Part shown: one piece after another, positions 31,013 through 40,619 of the stretch
Position numbering within the stretch: position 1 is the stretch's first letter
How the letters are laid out: each line of letters starts with the position of its first letter
Source: Candidatus Omnitrophota bacterium
Lineage (GTDB): Bacteria > Omnitrophota > Gorgyraeia > Gorgyraeales > Gorgyraeaceae
Assembly: GCA_026387235.1 (NCBI GenBank)
Contig: JAPLMD010000026.1
Location: forward strand, 973-64,972
Direction of reading: 5' to 3'
Length of the DNA stretch: 64,000 nucleotides
The notes under the pieces: model-generated
Seen by the model: the letters and a program-made list of their open reading frames with translations, nothing else
Databases searched by the model: none
Told to the model about the DNA's origin: nothing
Program-made: the position numbers and the translations under genes

Positions 31013-32401
31013 TTAATCGGCAACTGAATACAATAAAACCATGAAGGCCTCTTGCAAACTTCTAATTTTATTCGGCAGTATTTTCCATATTCGCCACATC
31101 TGGCGCGGCCGGAGGTAAAATTCCCTGAATAACTTCGCATGCATCCTTTTTAATTCCCGGTCGGAAAGCGATGAGGCATTCGTGGAAAACTTATGATAAT
31201 CGTGGGCACTGAATTTCTTTAATTTAACATTCTCTCTGTCAAGCTCATTAAATATCTCCGTCTTCGGCTGTGGAATAAGATAAAAAAAGTCTGCTATGTG
31301 AAATCCTGCATCTTTTGCAAATCTAAGAGTCTGGAGCACCTCTTCCTTTGTTTCACCGGGGAATCCCAGCATAAAATAGCCGCAGGTAACTATGCCCTGT
31401 TTGATGGTTTGAGCGATGATGTGTCTGGCCTTATCAAGATCAAGGTTCTTCTTGACAATCTTCTGGATCCGTGGCGAGGCTGACTCAATGGCATAAAAGA
31501 TCACGCGTGCCCCCGCCTGCTTTAGCTTTACGATAAGCTCTTCATCCATCCTGTCGACGCGAAGGCCGTTGGGAAAAGAAAGGGCTATCTTGATGCCGCG
31601 GCGGATTATCTCATCGCAGATGCGCTTGGCCCGAGGAAGGTCGAAATTAAAGCAGTCATCGATAACCTCTATCTCCTGAACCCCATAGTTTTTGATCAAG
31701 GCCTCAATCTCTTCAATGACATTCTCAACACTCCTGAACCTGATCTTTTTGCCAAAGATATTATGGCAGTAGGTGCATTGGTAGGGACAACCCCGGGAGG
31801 TAAATAAAGACGCGATCCTGTTAGAGGTGGGAATGGGGTTCTGTGAATGGTTGCGAATGTCCTTAAAATATCCCTCCATGTTGATAATATCCCATGCAGG
31901 AAAAGGAATGACGTCAAGGTCTTCGATCGCCGACTGCACAGGGTTGACTACACAGGTCCCGTTGTTTTTAAAGGCCATGCCATCGATTTCCGAGAAATCT
32001 TTTCCTTCTTGTAAAGCGTTGATAAGCCTGGCGGCTGTCCTTTCCCCCTCCCCGATGACCACGAAATCTACGTTCTGGTCTTTCATGATGTGTTCGGGGC
32101 TGGAGGTAGCGTACGGGCCGCCTACGATTACTTTGCAGTTAGCGTCAATCTCCTTGGCTAACCTGGCAAGCCTATGGACATGGGCAGACTCCATGCTCAT
32201 GCCGGAAATGCCGACCACATCGGGGGAAAGAGCTTTTATGCGCCGGGAAACGGCCTTATCGCTGAGACGCTCATGCCGGGCGTCAATAATGGTTATATCG
32301 TGATATCCCTGGCTTCTGAGATATGAGGCGAGGTAGAGGGGACCGAGCGGAATAAGGTGTTTGACCTCAGGTGAATTCGCTATGATGAAAGCTATTTTCA
32401 T
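31013..32401 (-). CDS. Cobalamin-dependent radical SAM enzyme (tandem paralog 1)
   Basis: PLGPLYLAS, GGPYAT, GEGE, SRGCPYQCTYC, FMLGFPGET. Confidence 0.92.
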   Translation of the reverse strand: MKIAFIIANSPEVKHLIPLGPLYLASYLRSQGYHDITIIDARHERLSDKAVSRRIKALSPDVVGISGMSMESAHVHRLARLAKEIDANCKVIVGGPYATSSPEHIMKDQNVDFVVIGEGERTAARLINALQEGKDFSEIDGMAFKNNGTCVVNPVQSAIEDLDVIPFPAWDIINMEGYFKDIRNHSQNPIPTSNRIASLFTSRGCPYQCTYCHNIFGKKIRFRSVENVIEEIEALIKNYGVQEIEVIDDCFNFDLPRAKRICDEIIRRGIKIALSFPNGLRVDRMDEELIVKLKQAGARVIFYAIESASPRIQKIVKKNLDLDKARHIIAQTIKQGIVTCGYFMLGFPGETKEEVLQTLRFAKDAGFHIADFFYLIPQPKTEIFNELDRENVKLKKFSAHDYHKFSTNASSLSDRELKRMHAKLFREFYLRPRQMWRIWKILPNKIRSLQEAFMVLLYSVAD

Positions 32402-32421
32402 ATTAAGATAAAGTTGATTGA

Positions 32422-33813
32422 TTATTTACCTATCAGGATACGGCTTAGGACAACAAGCCCATTCCTTAAAAGTATCCTCTTGTCCGGAATCGCCTTCCAT
32501 ATCCGCCACATTTGTCCGGGTCGAAAATAAAATTCTCTGTGCGCCATCGACCAAATATTTTGCAGCTCATGATCCGTAACCGCCGAAGCATTATAGGTTA
32601 ACCGCTGATAACAATTAATCTTGATATTTCTTAGGTCGCCATTCTTTCCGAAAAGATCATTGAACATCTCTGTATTCGGCGGAGGAGTTACATAAAACAT
32701 ATTTATTATATGAAAAGGCATATCTTTAGCGAATCTGACCGTCTGAAGCATCTCTTCCTTTGTCTCCCCGGGAAATCCCAGCATGAAATAACCGCAGGTA
32801 ACTATGCCATGGTCAGCCGTGTAGTTGATGATTTTCTTGGCCTTCTCTAAATCGAGGTTTTTCTTGATTCTCTGCTGTATTGTGGGCGATGCGGACTCTA
32901 TAGCGTAAAATATTATATACGTACCCGCCTGCTTTAACTTTATGATAAGCTCTTCATCCATCCTATCGACCCGAAGGGCGTTGGGAAAAGAAAGGGTTAT
33001 TTTGATGCCGCGCCTGATGATCTCATCGCAAATCTCTTTTGCCCTGGGAAGGTCGAAATTAAAGCAGTCATCAATGATCTCTATCTCCTGGACCCTATAG
33101 CGCTTAACCAAGGCCTCGATCTCTTCCATGACATTCCCGACACTCCTGAACCTGATCTTTTTGCCGAAGATATTATGGCAGTAGGTGCATCGGTACGGAC
33201 ACCCCCGGGAGGTAAATAAAGGCGCGATCCTATTGGATGTAGGAATGGGATTATTCGAATGATTATGAATATCCTTAAAATATCCTTCCATATCGATAAG
33301 ATCCCAGGCAGGGAAAGGAATGGCGTCAAGGTCTTCGATCGCCGACTGCACAGGGTTGACTACACAGGTCCCGTTGTTTTTAAAGGCCAGGCCATCAATT
33401 TCCGAGAAATCTTTTCCCTCTTGTAAAGCGTTGATAAGCCTGGCGGTTGTCCTTTCCCCCTCACCGATGATCACGAAGTCCACATTCGAATCTTTCAGGA
33501 TGCGTTCGGGGCTGGAGGTAGCGTATGGGCCGCCTACGATTACTTTGCAGTTCCTATCAACCGCCTTGGCTAACCCCGCAAGGCTATGAATCTCTGAAGA
33601 CTCCATACTCAAACCAGAAATACCGACCACATCAGGGGAAAGGTCTTTTATGCTCCGGGAAATACCCGCATGGCCCAGGTGTTTGTGCCTAGCGTCAATA
33701 ATGCTTATATCGTGATATCCTTCTCTTCTTAGATAAGAAGCGACGCAAAGAGGACCTAGCGGAATACTGCGTATGACCTCACGTGCATTGGGTATGACGA
33801 AAGTTATCTTCAT
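32422..33813 (-). CDS. Cobalamin-dependent radical SAM enzyme (tandem paralog 2)
   Basis: Same motifs, SRGCPYRCTYC; long near-identical stretches with 31013-32401. Confidence 0.92.
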   Translation of the reverse strand: MKITFVIPNAREVIRSIPLGPLCVASYLRREGYHDISIIDARHKHLGHAGISRSIKDLSPDVVGISGLSMESSEIHSLAGLAKAVDRNCKVIVGGPYATSSPERILKDSNVDFVIIGEGERTTARLINALQEGKDFSEIDGLAFKNNGTCVVNPVQSAIEDLDAIPFPAWDLIDMEGYFKDIHNHSNNPIPTSNRIAPLFTSRGCPYRCTYCHNIFGKKIRFRSVGNVMEEIEALVKRYRVQEIEIIDDCFNFDLPRAKEICDEIIRRGIKITLSFPNALRVDRMDEELIIKLKQAGTYIIFYAIESASPTIQQRIKKNLDLEKAKKIINYTADHGIVTCGYFMLGFPGETKEEMLQTVRFAKDMPFHIINMFYVTPPPNTEMFNDLFGKNGDLRNIKINCYQRLTYNASAVTDHELQNIWSMAHREFYFRPGQMWRIWKAIPDKRILLRNGLVVLSRILIGK

Positions 33814-34532
33814 GGCTTTTTCAATCGCCCGCTTACTATTCGGTATTTAAGTTTTACGAGGTCCATCAGATAAACGCTGCAGAGCCTCAATAAATAAAAA
33901 CCAATCATGCTGGTTTTTCCCGTCTTCCGTTCAAAATGAACAACGGGCACCTCAACTATTCGATATCCTTTCAACTTGGCTATAATATATATAATGATCG
34001 GCGTTGCAGAAAAATTCTGGGGCATATCGCTCATGATATCGTTTAATACGCTGGCCTTGATAAGCTTAAACGGAGCATTCACGTCTCTTAAAGATACGCC
34101 GAAAAGAATTACGTTTATCCATCGAAGAATCAATGAAAGGATCTTACGATGCAGGCGATCATGCCGAGGGCTGCGATAGCCTGCCGCTATATCACTCCCT
34201 TCTATATGCCTATATAACTGCCAAAAATCTTTTATGCTGAATTGGTTGTCGCCGTCAATATGAAATACAAGAGGCTTGCACGCCTGATCAAACGCCGCAC
34301 GGAGCGCCTTACCGTGTCCGCTATTCTTCTCTAAATGAATTACCTTCAATTGTCCGAACTTCTGCTTGAGGCGCTTAAGAATCTTGAATGTACCGTCGGT
34401 AGATCCGTCATTGACGACAATAAGCTCAGAGTCGGGTATTTTTTCGATAATCTCGCTATAGCAGTCATTCACCACCTTCTCGATTATTGCTTCCTCATTA
34501 AACACTGGAATAGTCACTGAGACAGCCATCAT
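33810..34532 (-). CDS. GT2, DPM1-like polyprenol-phosphate glycosyltransferase
   Basis: IPVFNEE, VNDGSTD, NSGHG.A, IDGDNQF, DVNAPFKL, EVPVVHFER..G. Confidence 0.88.
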   Translation of the reverse strand: MMAVSVTIPVFNEEAIIEKVVNDCYSEIIEKIPDSELIVVNDGSTDGTFKILKRLKQKFGQLKVIHLEKNSGHGKALRAAFDQACKPLVFHIDGDNQFSIKDFWQLYRHIEGSDIAAGYRSPRHDRLHRKILSLILRWINVILFGVSLRDVNAPFKLIKASVLNDIMSDMPQNFSATPIIIYIIAKLKGYRIVEVPVVHFERKTGKTSMIGFYLLRLCSVYLMDLVKLKYRIVSGRLKKP

Positions 34533-34543
34533 AGTCTTTTGGT

Positions 34544-35659
34544 TTACCTGACTTTAGTTAGTAATTCCATTCTCTCTTCGAGGTTTAGCGCCGGATAATT
34601 CTCAACCGCATTGATATTATCAAGGCACCATTCCGTTGCTTCGTCCATATCATAATAGCGGAAGAGCCCCAATCTCCCTATACTGAGGAGATTTTTTATC
34701 CGTACGAGGCACGCAAGATATTTATTGAAAAGTTTTTTGTTTTCAGAGGTATAGACGGGATACATGCTGCTATTGTTACCCGGAAAATCATAGCCAACGA
34801 TGCAAGAAGTAACTGGGCCATTTGGATAACAAAGGCTATAGTTGCATTTTCTGGTGTAGGCAACGTCGCTATCAGGAAAATTGATGCAGCCGTATTTGAC
34901 ATCTTCCCATTCAGCTTCTTCAAAGTTTATCTCAAAGCGAAGTCCTCTATAGGCTAGACGCCCATAGCAAAAACTAAACAACTCATCTATGGGAATAGTA
35001 GCTATCACCAAATCATACTTCAAATCTCTATAGTCTTTTATTTCGACATTATAATGAATTGGTATGCCTTCTGTCATCTTTTCAAGCATATGCGAATAAC
35101 CACAGTGAGGTACTCCCTGCCATTCATGCTTAAAATATCCTAAGCTATTATCGCGCCTTATCTCTATCCTTTTCGGCGCCCATTCTGCTTCCATATTTGC
35201 CGGCAGTATTCCCCAGAATTTCATTGTATAGTTTTTAATGAACTTTTTATATAATTCCTTTCCAATCATAGAAACGACACAGGTTTCAAAATTCGCCATA
35301 TTAATCTTCTTCGGAAGACGTCTAAGCTCTTTTAATATTTGATCTCTTTCCTGCAACATCTCTATCGTCTCATAGCTAATAGGATACGGTAAAACCCTGC
35401 CATCGACAAAGGTCCCTACATAGTGAGTATATTCATTGAACTTACTAAATCTACAGAGGAACTCGATAACCGACTCATTGTCGGTATGAAAATTATGCGG
35501 CCCAAACAATTGATAAAATCTCCCTCTATGGACGTCGGTAGCGCAAAGACCGCCTATCCTTTTCTCCTTCTCAAAGATAACGACATCATGTCCCCGATCC
35601 TTAAGGAGCCGCGCGATAGTACAGCCAACTAATCCTGCGCCGACAATTGCGATTTTCAT
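34544..35659 (-). CDS. glf: UDP-galactopyranose mutase family flavoenzyme
   Basis: VGAGLVG, IGGLC, GPHNFHT, YTMKFWG, YTR, GRLGLFRYYDMD. Confidence 0.8.
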   Translation of the reverse strand: MKIAIVGAGLVGCTIARLLKDRGHDVVIFEKEKRIGGLCATDVHRGRFYQLFGPHNFHTDNESVIEFLCRFSKFNEYTHYVGTFVDGRVLPYPISYETIEMLQERDQILKELRRLPKKINMANFETCVVSMIGKELYKKFIKNYTMKFWGILPANMEAEWAPKRIEIRRDNSLGYFKHEWQGVPHCGYSHMLEKMTEGIPIHYNVEIKDYRDLKYDLVIATIPIDELFSFCYGRLAYRGLRFEINFEEAEWEDVKYGCINFPDSDVAYTRKCNYSLCYPNGPVTSCIVGYDFPGNNSSMYPVYTSENKKLFNKYLACLVRIKNLLSIGRLGLFRYYDMDEATEWCLDNINAVENYPALNLEERMELLTKVR

Positions 35660-35675
35660 TTATCCCTGCCTAAAA

Positions 35676-37070
35676 TTATATAAGCGCGCACGCGGAACCA
35701 ATAATGCCCTTCAACTCTTTAAACGACTTCACCTTCATTAGCGTCCTTACGATATATCTTGGTCTAAAGTAAAAACTTTGATAAGCATTTTTTAGCCAAT
35801 AAATAAGTTCGTCCGAAGAAATGCTTAAGTTAACCGATTTGAGATTTTCTAAATCTTCTTTGCCTAACGTGTAATCTCGCAAAAAATCGCCTCCAATCTT
35901 CTCTTGCACCATGCGATACAACTCAGTATGAGGTGAAGGAGTAACCTTGGTAAACTGTACGTAATCAAGATCGAGTTCTTTCGCCAATTTTATTGTTTTC
36001 TTAATGCTTTCCTTGCTTTCACCAGGCGATCCTATCATAAAAAAACCGAACGCATCTATATTTTCTTTTCGTGTCCACCTAACAGCATCTCTCATTATCG
36101 CTATAGGAATATCCCTTTTTAATATTTTCAATATCTGAGGATCTCCCGATTCAAAACCATAATTAATCCTTATACAACCGGCCTTAGCAAATAACTTTAT
36201 AAGGCTCTCATTGACACAATCAGGTCGAGTCCTTATCGACCAGCTAATATCGAGTTTTCTTCTTAGAATCTCTTCACAAATTACCATTGCCCTTTTTTTG
36301 TCTAATGAAAAAATCTCATCATAAAACAAAATTTCTCTTATTCCGTATTTGGTAGTACATTGCTCCATTTCGTCAACAACCTTAAGAGGATCTCTGAAAA
36401 CAACGTCAGGATTAGCGCTGCAATAAATACAATTGAAAGGACATCCTTCACTGGACATCATAGTTGTGATCGGTCTTTTTTTAGAAAGAATTGTGCTATA
36501 TTTTTCATTTGGCAATAAATGCCTTGATGGAAATGGAACATTATTTATCGTAACTTTGCTCTGCCGTATTCCAGTTACTATTACCTCGCCATTCTTTCTA
36601 TACGCGATTCCTTTAACACCTTCAAAATAGCCTTTTGTCTCTATGCAATCTATAAGTTCAGGCAAAGTCTCCCATCCTTCTCCTATTACACAAAAATCAA
36701 TACAATGATAAGTTAAAATCTCAGCTGGGTAGAGAGTAGCTTGAGGCCCTCCAACTATAATAGGCGCATTTATATGCTTTTTTAGCTCTTTTATCCAGCG
36801 TAGATCGCTCTGAAAATTAGCCGTTAGCATACTAAATAGAAGTATATCCGGCCGGAAAATTCTTAACTCAGCAATAACTTCATTGACATTTAAACGAAGG
36901 GCATTTCCCTCTACTACTTTTACCATATGCTTTTTTTCTAGAATAGCCGCTAGATAAGCGATTCCTAGAGGAGGTAATATGGCGCCAACGTTGCTGTAAT
37001 GTTTATAGATTTTTTTTGTAAAAGCTATGGGGCATATCTCTTGTGGAGGATAAACAAATGCCAGCCTCAT
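35676..37070 (-). CDS. Cobalamin-dependent radical SAM enzyme
   Basis: PPLGIAYLAA, GGPQAT, GEG, SEGCPFNCIYC, FMIGSPGE. Confidence 0.9.
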   Translation of the reverse strand: MRLAFVYPPQEICPIAFTKKIYKHYSNVGAILPPLGIAYLAAILEKKHMVKVVEGNALRLNVNEVIAELRIFRPDILLFSMLTANFQSDLRWIKELKKHINAPIIVGGPQATLYPAEILTYHCIDFCVIGEGWETLPELIDCIETKGYFEGVKGIAYRKNGEVIVTGIRQSKVTINNVPFPSRHLLPNEKYSTILSKKRPITTMMSSEGCPFNCIYCSANPDVVFRDPLKVVDEMEQCTTKYGIREILFYDEIFSLDKKRAMVICEEILRRKLDISWSIRTRPDCVNESLIKLFAKAGCIRINYGFESGDPQILKILKRDIPIAIMRDAVRWTRKENIDAFGFFMIGSPGESKESIKKTIKLAKELDLDYVQFTKVTPSPHTELYRMVQEKIGGDFLRDYTLGKEDLENLKSVNLSISSDELIYWLKNAYQSFYFRPRYIVRTLMKVKSFKELKGIIGSACALI

Positions 37071-39400
37071 CTTGCGTCCCTCGTCCCTCTATAAAAATAA
37101 GACCTATAATCCAAAGGAATTTTCCCTGCCTCATGAACCCATCCCTCTGTCTCATAATTATATCTTCTCATCACTCCTACTCCTAACCCCTCATATATAT
37201 AAGGCCAAAATATTTGATCCGTATACCTTATAAGCTTTGTGCATCCCTCAATGTTGTAGGCAAACCTCCACCCAATACCGGTCCCTAAACCTCTGTAGAG
37301 ATACGGACGATACTCCTGGTCAACCGCCCTTAAAAATAAAACGTATTTTGTTACATCATGGATAAATCTCCACCCTACTTCGATACCAAGGCGCTGGTAA
37401 CATAGAGGCTTATATTTTTCTTCTATCTTACTCATAATCATTTTCCATGTGCCGATATTATAACCAACCTTCCCAATACCGAACCCAAAATCATCATAAA
37501 TGCACCGATAATATTCTTTTCCCTGAGCCAATCCTGCATATATCACGGGTTCAAATCTTTTATCCACCGCATTCATGAAACGAAAGAATTTTTCCGGTTG
37601 GTCAACTAAAACGTCAAATAGCTCAATCCCCATCCCGCTATAAAAAAATGGCTCATATTCCTCATCAATCTTTTTCCGAAAATCCATGAGCGCATGCTTC
37701 GGATTGTCGTGCACCTCACGGGCGGCCTGGCGGCCCACGCCGCTATAAAAATAAGAAGCCAGTTTGGGGTCAAGATAGTTCTTTAATTCGGCACCGGTTG
37801 CTTTATCGTACCTGAGTTCCCTCTCTAATGCCTCCCCCATCCACTCGTATGCATAAGGCCAGTAATTCCTCTCGATCTTATGTATCCAGGTACTAAGATA
37901 TAAGCGATAATCATTATCAAATTTATCTTCAGCGTATCCCCAACCCATACCGGAATAACAATACCGCCTGGCCTCTCCGTCCTTAATCCCTTTTATGGAA
38001 TCGACCCATCTGGAGGAACCGTCAAACCTCCAGGCGATCACTCTGCCTAGATCATAATAGTTGTAACCCCGGTAGATCCCTGATAAGGCAGCCTTATGCA
38101 AGGGATCTTTAGAAATGAAATTAAAATTAGAGACTAACCCCAGCCCCAGCAAAAACGCCATAATACAGAAATTTAAATACGGCGCGAAAAAACTCCTGAA
38201 TTGCGTGCGTTTTCCGTACAGGAATATGACTATCATAGCAGGAATAAAAAGACCGACAGGCGCGACATGCCTGTAACGGAACACGCTGCTTTCATAATAA
38301 CTCATATTAAATTGTATACCGGAAAGGCTGAGGGTAAAAACGAACACTGCAAAAAACACAAGCAAGAATACCTCTTTGGATATCTCTTGAGGCAATACGG
38401 AGAAACGCGGCAAAGGAATAATGCCTCGTATGATCTTTAGCAAAGACCTGCGGTTGAGCCACGATAGGGCGCAGAAAGAAATCACAAATACAAAGTAATA
38501 AATACGGGACAAAAACCAGTGGCCGAGCAATGCCTGAGGCTCAAACTCCAAAATAGGATCGGAAAAAGTAAAAATTCCTGGCATATCAATGGTAAAAAAA
38601 TTCTTAAGCCTTAAAAAGAAATTAACAGGGTTATTACCTGCGAACCAGTGAGAAAGGAGGTGATCGCATACGATTAATCCTTGAAAATTATGGGTGAGAT
38701 TATACCAGATCCAGGGAGCAAGGCCGGTTAAAAAGGCGGCGGCAAAGATAAAGAATTCGCTTTTGAGAAAAAACTTCTTATCGAAAATATACCAGAATAA
38801 AATAATAGTCAATAATGTCGGTAAAAAACTGTAATGAAAGAACATGCCAAAACCGCAAACTACTCCTAAGAGCCCGAACAGGACTTTCTTTTTTCTTACA
38901 AAAAAAATCTGGTAAAAGATTAATACCGCCATCATGGTGAAGAAATTGACCTCGTAAAGCGCGCCGTAATTGGAAACGCTGGCCTTTATCCAGCCAGGCT
39001 GCGGGAAAATCAAAAGTAAACTTGTCCAAACTGCTACCCTCCTATTGAAAAACCTATCTAAAAATAAATACCACAAAATGAATAAGCCTGTTCCTGTCAA
39101 TAGCCCCACAAATTTGAGAGATATCAACTTATCTCCAAAAAGCAAAAAAAACGGCACCGCCAAGATGCCGCTTACCAATGAACCGCCTTCATATTCACTC
39201 CTTTGGTAATCAAAGAAGGGAAAGGCTTGACCCGAAATCAATTCCTTGGATATGTTACCGCGGTATAATTCTTCATCCAGACTCACCAGGTCTATTGCGC
39301 AAAACAAAACCAGCAGCCTAACCAATAAATACAGCAGGGTTAAGCCTACCAAATACGCATACCTGCTATTGACAATCCGGATTGCCCTGGACATATTCAT
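37067..39400 (-). CDS. GT-C membrane glycosyltransferase with a C-terminal helical-repeat domain
   Basis: LDEELY loop, YEGGSL, multiple TMs, then GYNY and about 9 repeats of xPYxYxGxG; start probably 39400. Confidence 0.8.
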   Translation of the reverse strand: MNMSRAIRIVNSRYAYLVGLTLLYLLVRLLVLFCAIDLVSLDEELYRGNISKELISGQAFPFFDYQRSEYEGGSLVSGILAVPFFLLFGDKLISLKFVGLLTGTGLFILWYLFLDRFFNRRVAVWTSLLLIFPQPGWIKASVSNYGALYEVNFFTMMAVLIFYQIFFVRKKKVLFGLLGVVCGFGMFFHYSFLPTLLTIILFWYIFDKKFFLKSEFFIFAAAFLTGLAPWIWYNLTHNFQGLIVCDHLLSHWFAGNNPVNFFLRLKNFFTIDMPGIFTFSDPILEFEPQALLGHWFLSRIYYFVFVISFCALSWLNRRSLLKIIRGIIPLPRFSVLPQEISKEVFLLVFFAVFVFTLSLSGIQFNMSYYESSVFRYRHVAPVGLFIPAMIVIFLYGKRTQFRSFFAPYLNFCIMAFLLGLGLVSNFNFISKDPLHKAALSGIYRGYNYYDLGRVIAWRFDGSSRWVDSIKGIKDGEARRYCYSGMGWGYAEDKFDNDYRLYLSTWIHKIERNYWPYAYEWMGEALERELRYDKATGAELKNYLDPKLASYFYSGVGRQAAREVHDNPKHALMDFRKKIDEEYEPFFYSGMGIELFDVLVDQPEKFFRFMNAVDKRFEPVIYAGLAQGKEYYRCIYDDFGFGIGKVGYNIGTWKMIMSKIEEKYKPLCYQRLGIEVGWRFIHDVTKYVLFLRAVDQEYRPYLYRGLGTGIGWRFAYNIEGCTKLIRYTDQIFWPYIYEGLGVGVMRRYNYETEGWVHEAGKIPLDYRSYFYRGTRDAR

Positions 39401-39423
39401 TTTAGCCAACACCCATTTTCTAA

Positions 39424-40608
39424 CTAAGATATTAATCTGCATAAAAGCCGATAATAAAGAACGATTTTGAGCACTGCCTTTTTTAGTAATATTGCGTAAC
39501 CCACGCATCTTGTTCGGCCATCATGGTGATTGTTTACCGGGCTATACCAGAAAATATGGAATAAATCATAATAACGCGTAGCTTGGAGGGTAAGATAAAA
39601 ATCCTTCCAATCTTCAAGGGGATAACCAACCATGAAATACCCCCAGATCAGGGTTGTAGGTGAAGCTTTTTTGATCTCCGCGAGGATACGCACTGTTTCA
39701 TTTACGCTATACCCTCTATCCATAGAGGCAAGGACCCGATCTGAACCCGACTGTAAAGACACGTTTACATTTTTAATAGTAAGCTTTCTAAATGCTTCAA
39801 GATACCTGTCTTCATTGAGCTTAAGCCAACGGGGGTGCAGATAACTTAATTCAAGCGGTATCCCGGGATATTCTTGATTAATCGCATAAAGAAGATTAAT
39901 CAGATCGTCCCCTCTTTCCAGCCCGTAGCTGCCGCAATCGTCTGCGACAAGATTTAAAGAAATGCCTCGGCGGTAAATTTTTTTTATTTCATCCAGAATA
40001 TCCCGGATTGGCCGAGATATGGCCTTTCCTCTCGCTTTTTTTATTACGCAATAGCTGCATCGATTCAGGCAACCGGAGCCTATTTGAATAAATATTTTAT
40101 TATCATCGAATTCTTCTTCAAGTATCTGTAAAAATGGGAATTTTTTAAATGCCTTGGAAAACCGGCAAAACGATATCAACAGAAAATCCGGAATATAAAA
40201 CTTCCTTTGGTTAATTTGATCAAGCAAAAGTCGTTCGTAGTGAAAATGTGAAATTTCACGAATGGGCACCTTGGCATCAATAAGAGCATCCAGCTGTTCT
40301 AAATGTTCTATGATATGCAGGCCCATGAATTTCTTCTCCAACATCTGCCTATCTATCCGTACCAGGCAGCCGATCGAAATCACTGTTGTATTGGGGGAAC
40401 ATCTATTAAGCATATCTTCGATGAGCGAGATGCTAAGTTTTTTTAGTGCGTCAATAAAACCGCAGGTATTAATGACGATCGTATCTGCATCCTGAATATT
40501 TCTGGTGAACACATGGCCATTTTTTGAAAAATAACTAAGGAGCTGAGCGCTCAAGACTGAGTTGTTTTTACACTTCGTATTACTGGAAATAAGGTAGATT
40601 TTTGACAT
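39424..40608 (-). CDS. MiaB/RimO-like methylthiotransferase-family radical SAM lacking a TRAM domain
   Basis: UPF0004 Cys triad (KCKNN, INTCGF, IGCL), GCLNRCSYC, SLQSGSDRVLASMDRGY, FMVGYP. Confidence 0.82.
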   Translation of the reverse strand: MSKIYLISSNTKCKNNSVLSAQLLSYFSKNGHVFTRNIQDADTIVINTCGFIDALKKLSISLIEDMLNRCSPNTTVISIGCLVRIDRQMLEKKFMGLHIIEHLEQLDALIDAKVPIREISHFHYERLLLDQINQRKFYIPDFLLISFCRFSKAFKKFPFLQILEEEFDDNKIFIQIGSGCLNRCSYCVIKKARGKAISRPIRDILDEIKKIYRRGISLNLVADDCGSYGLERGDDLINLLYAINQEYPGIPLELSYLHPRWLKLNEDRYLEAFRKLTIKNVNVSLQSGSDRVLASMDRGYSVNETVRILAEIKKASPTTLIWGYFMVGYPLEDWKDFYLTLQATRYYDLFHIFWYSPVNNHHDGRTRCVGYAILLKKAVLKIVLYYRLLCRLIS

Positions 40609-40619
40609 CTTAGCGGTTA

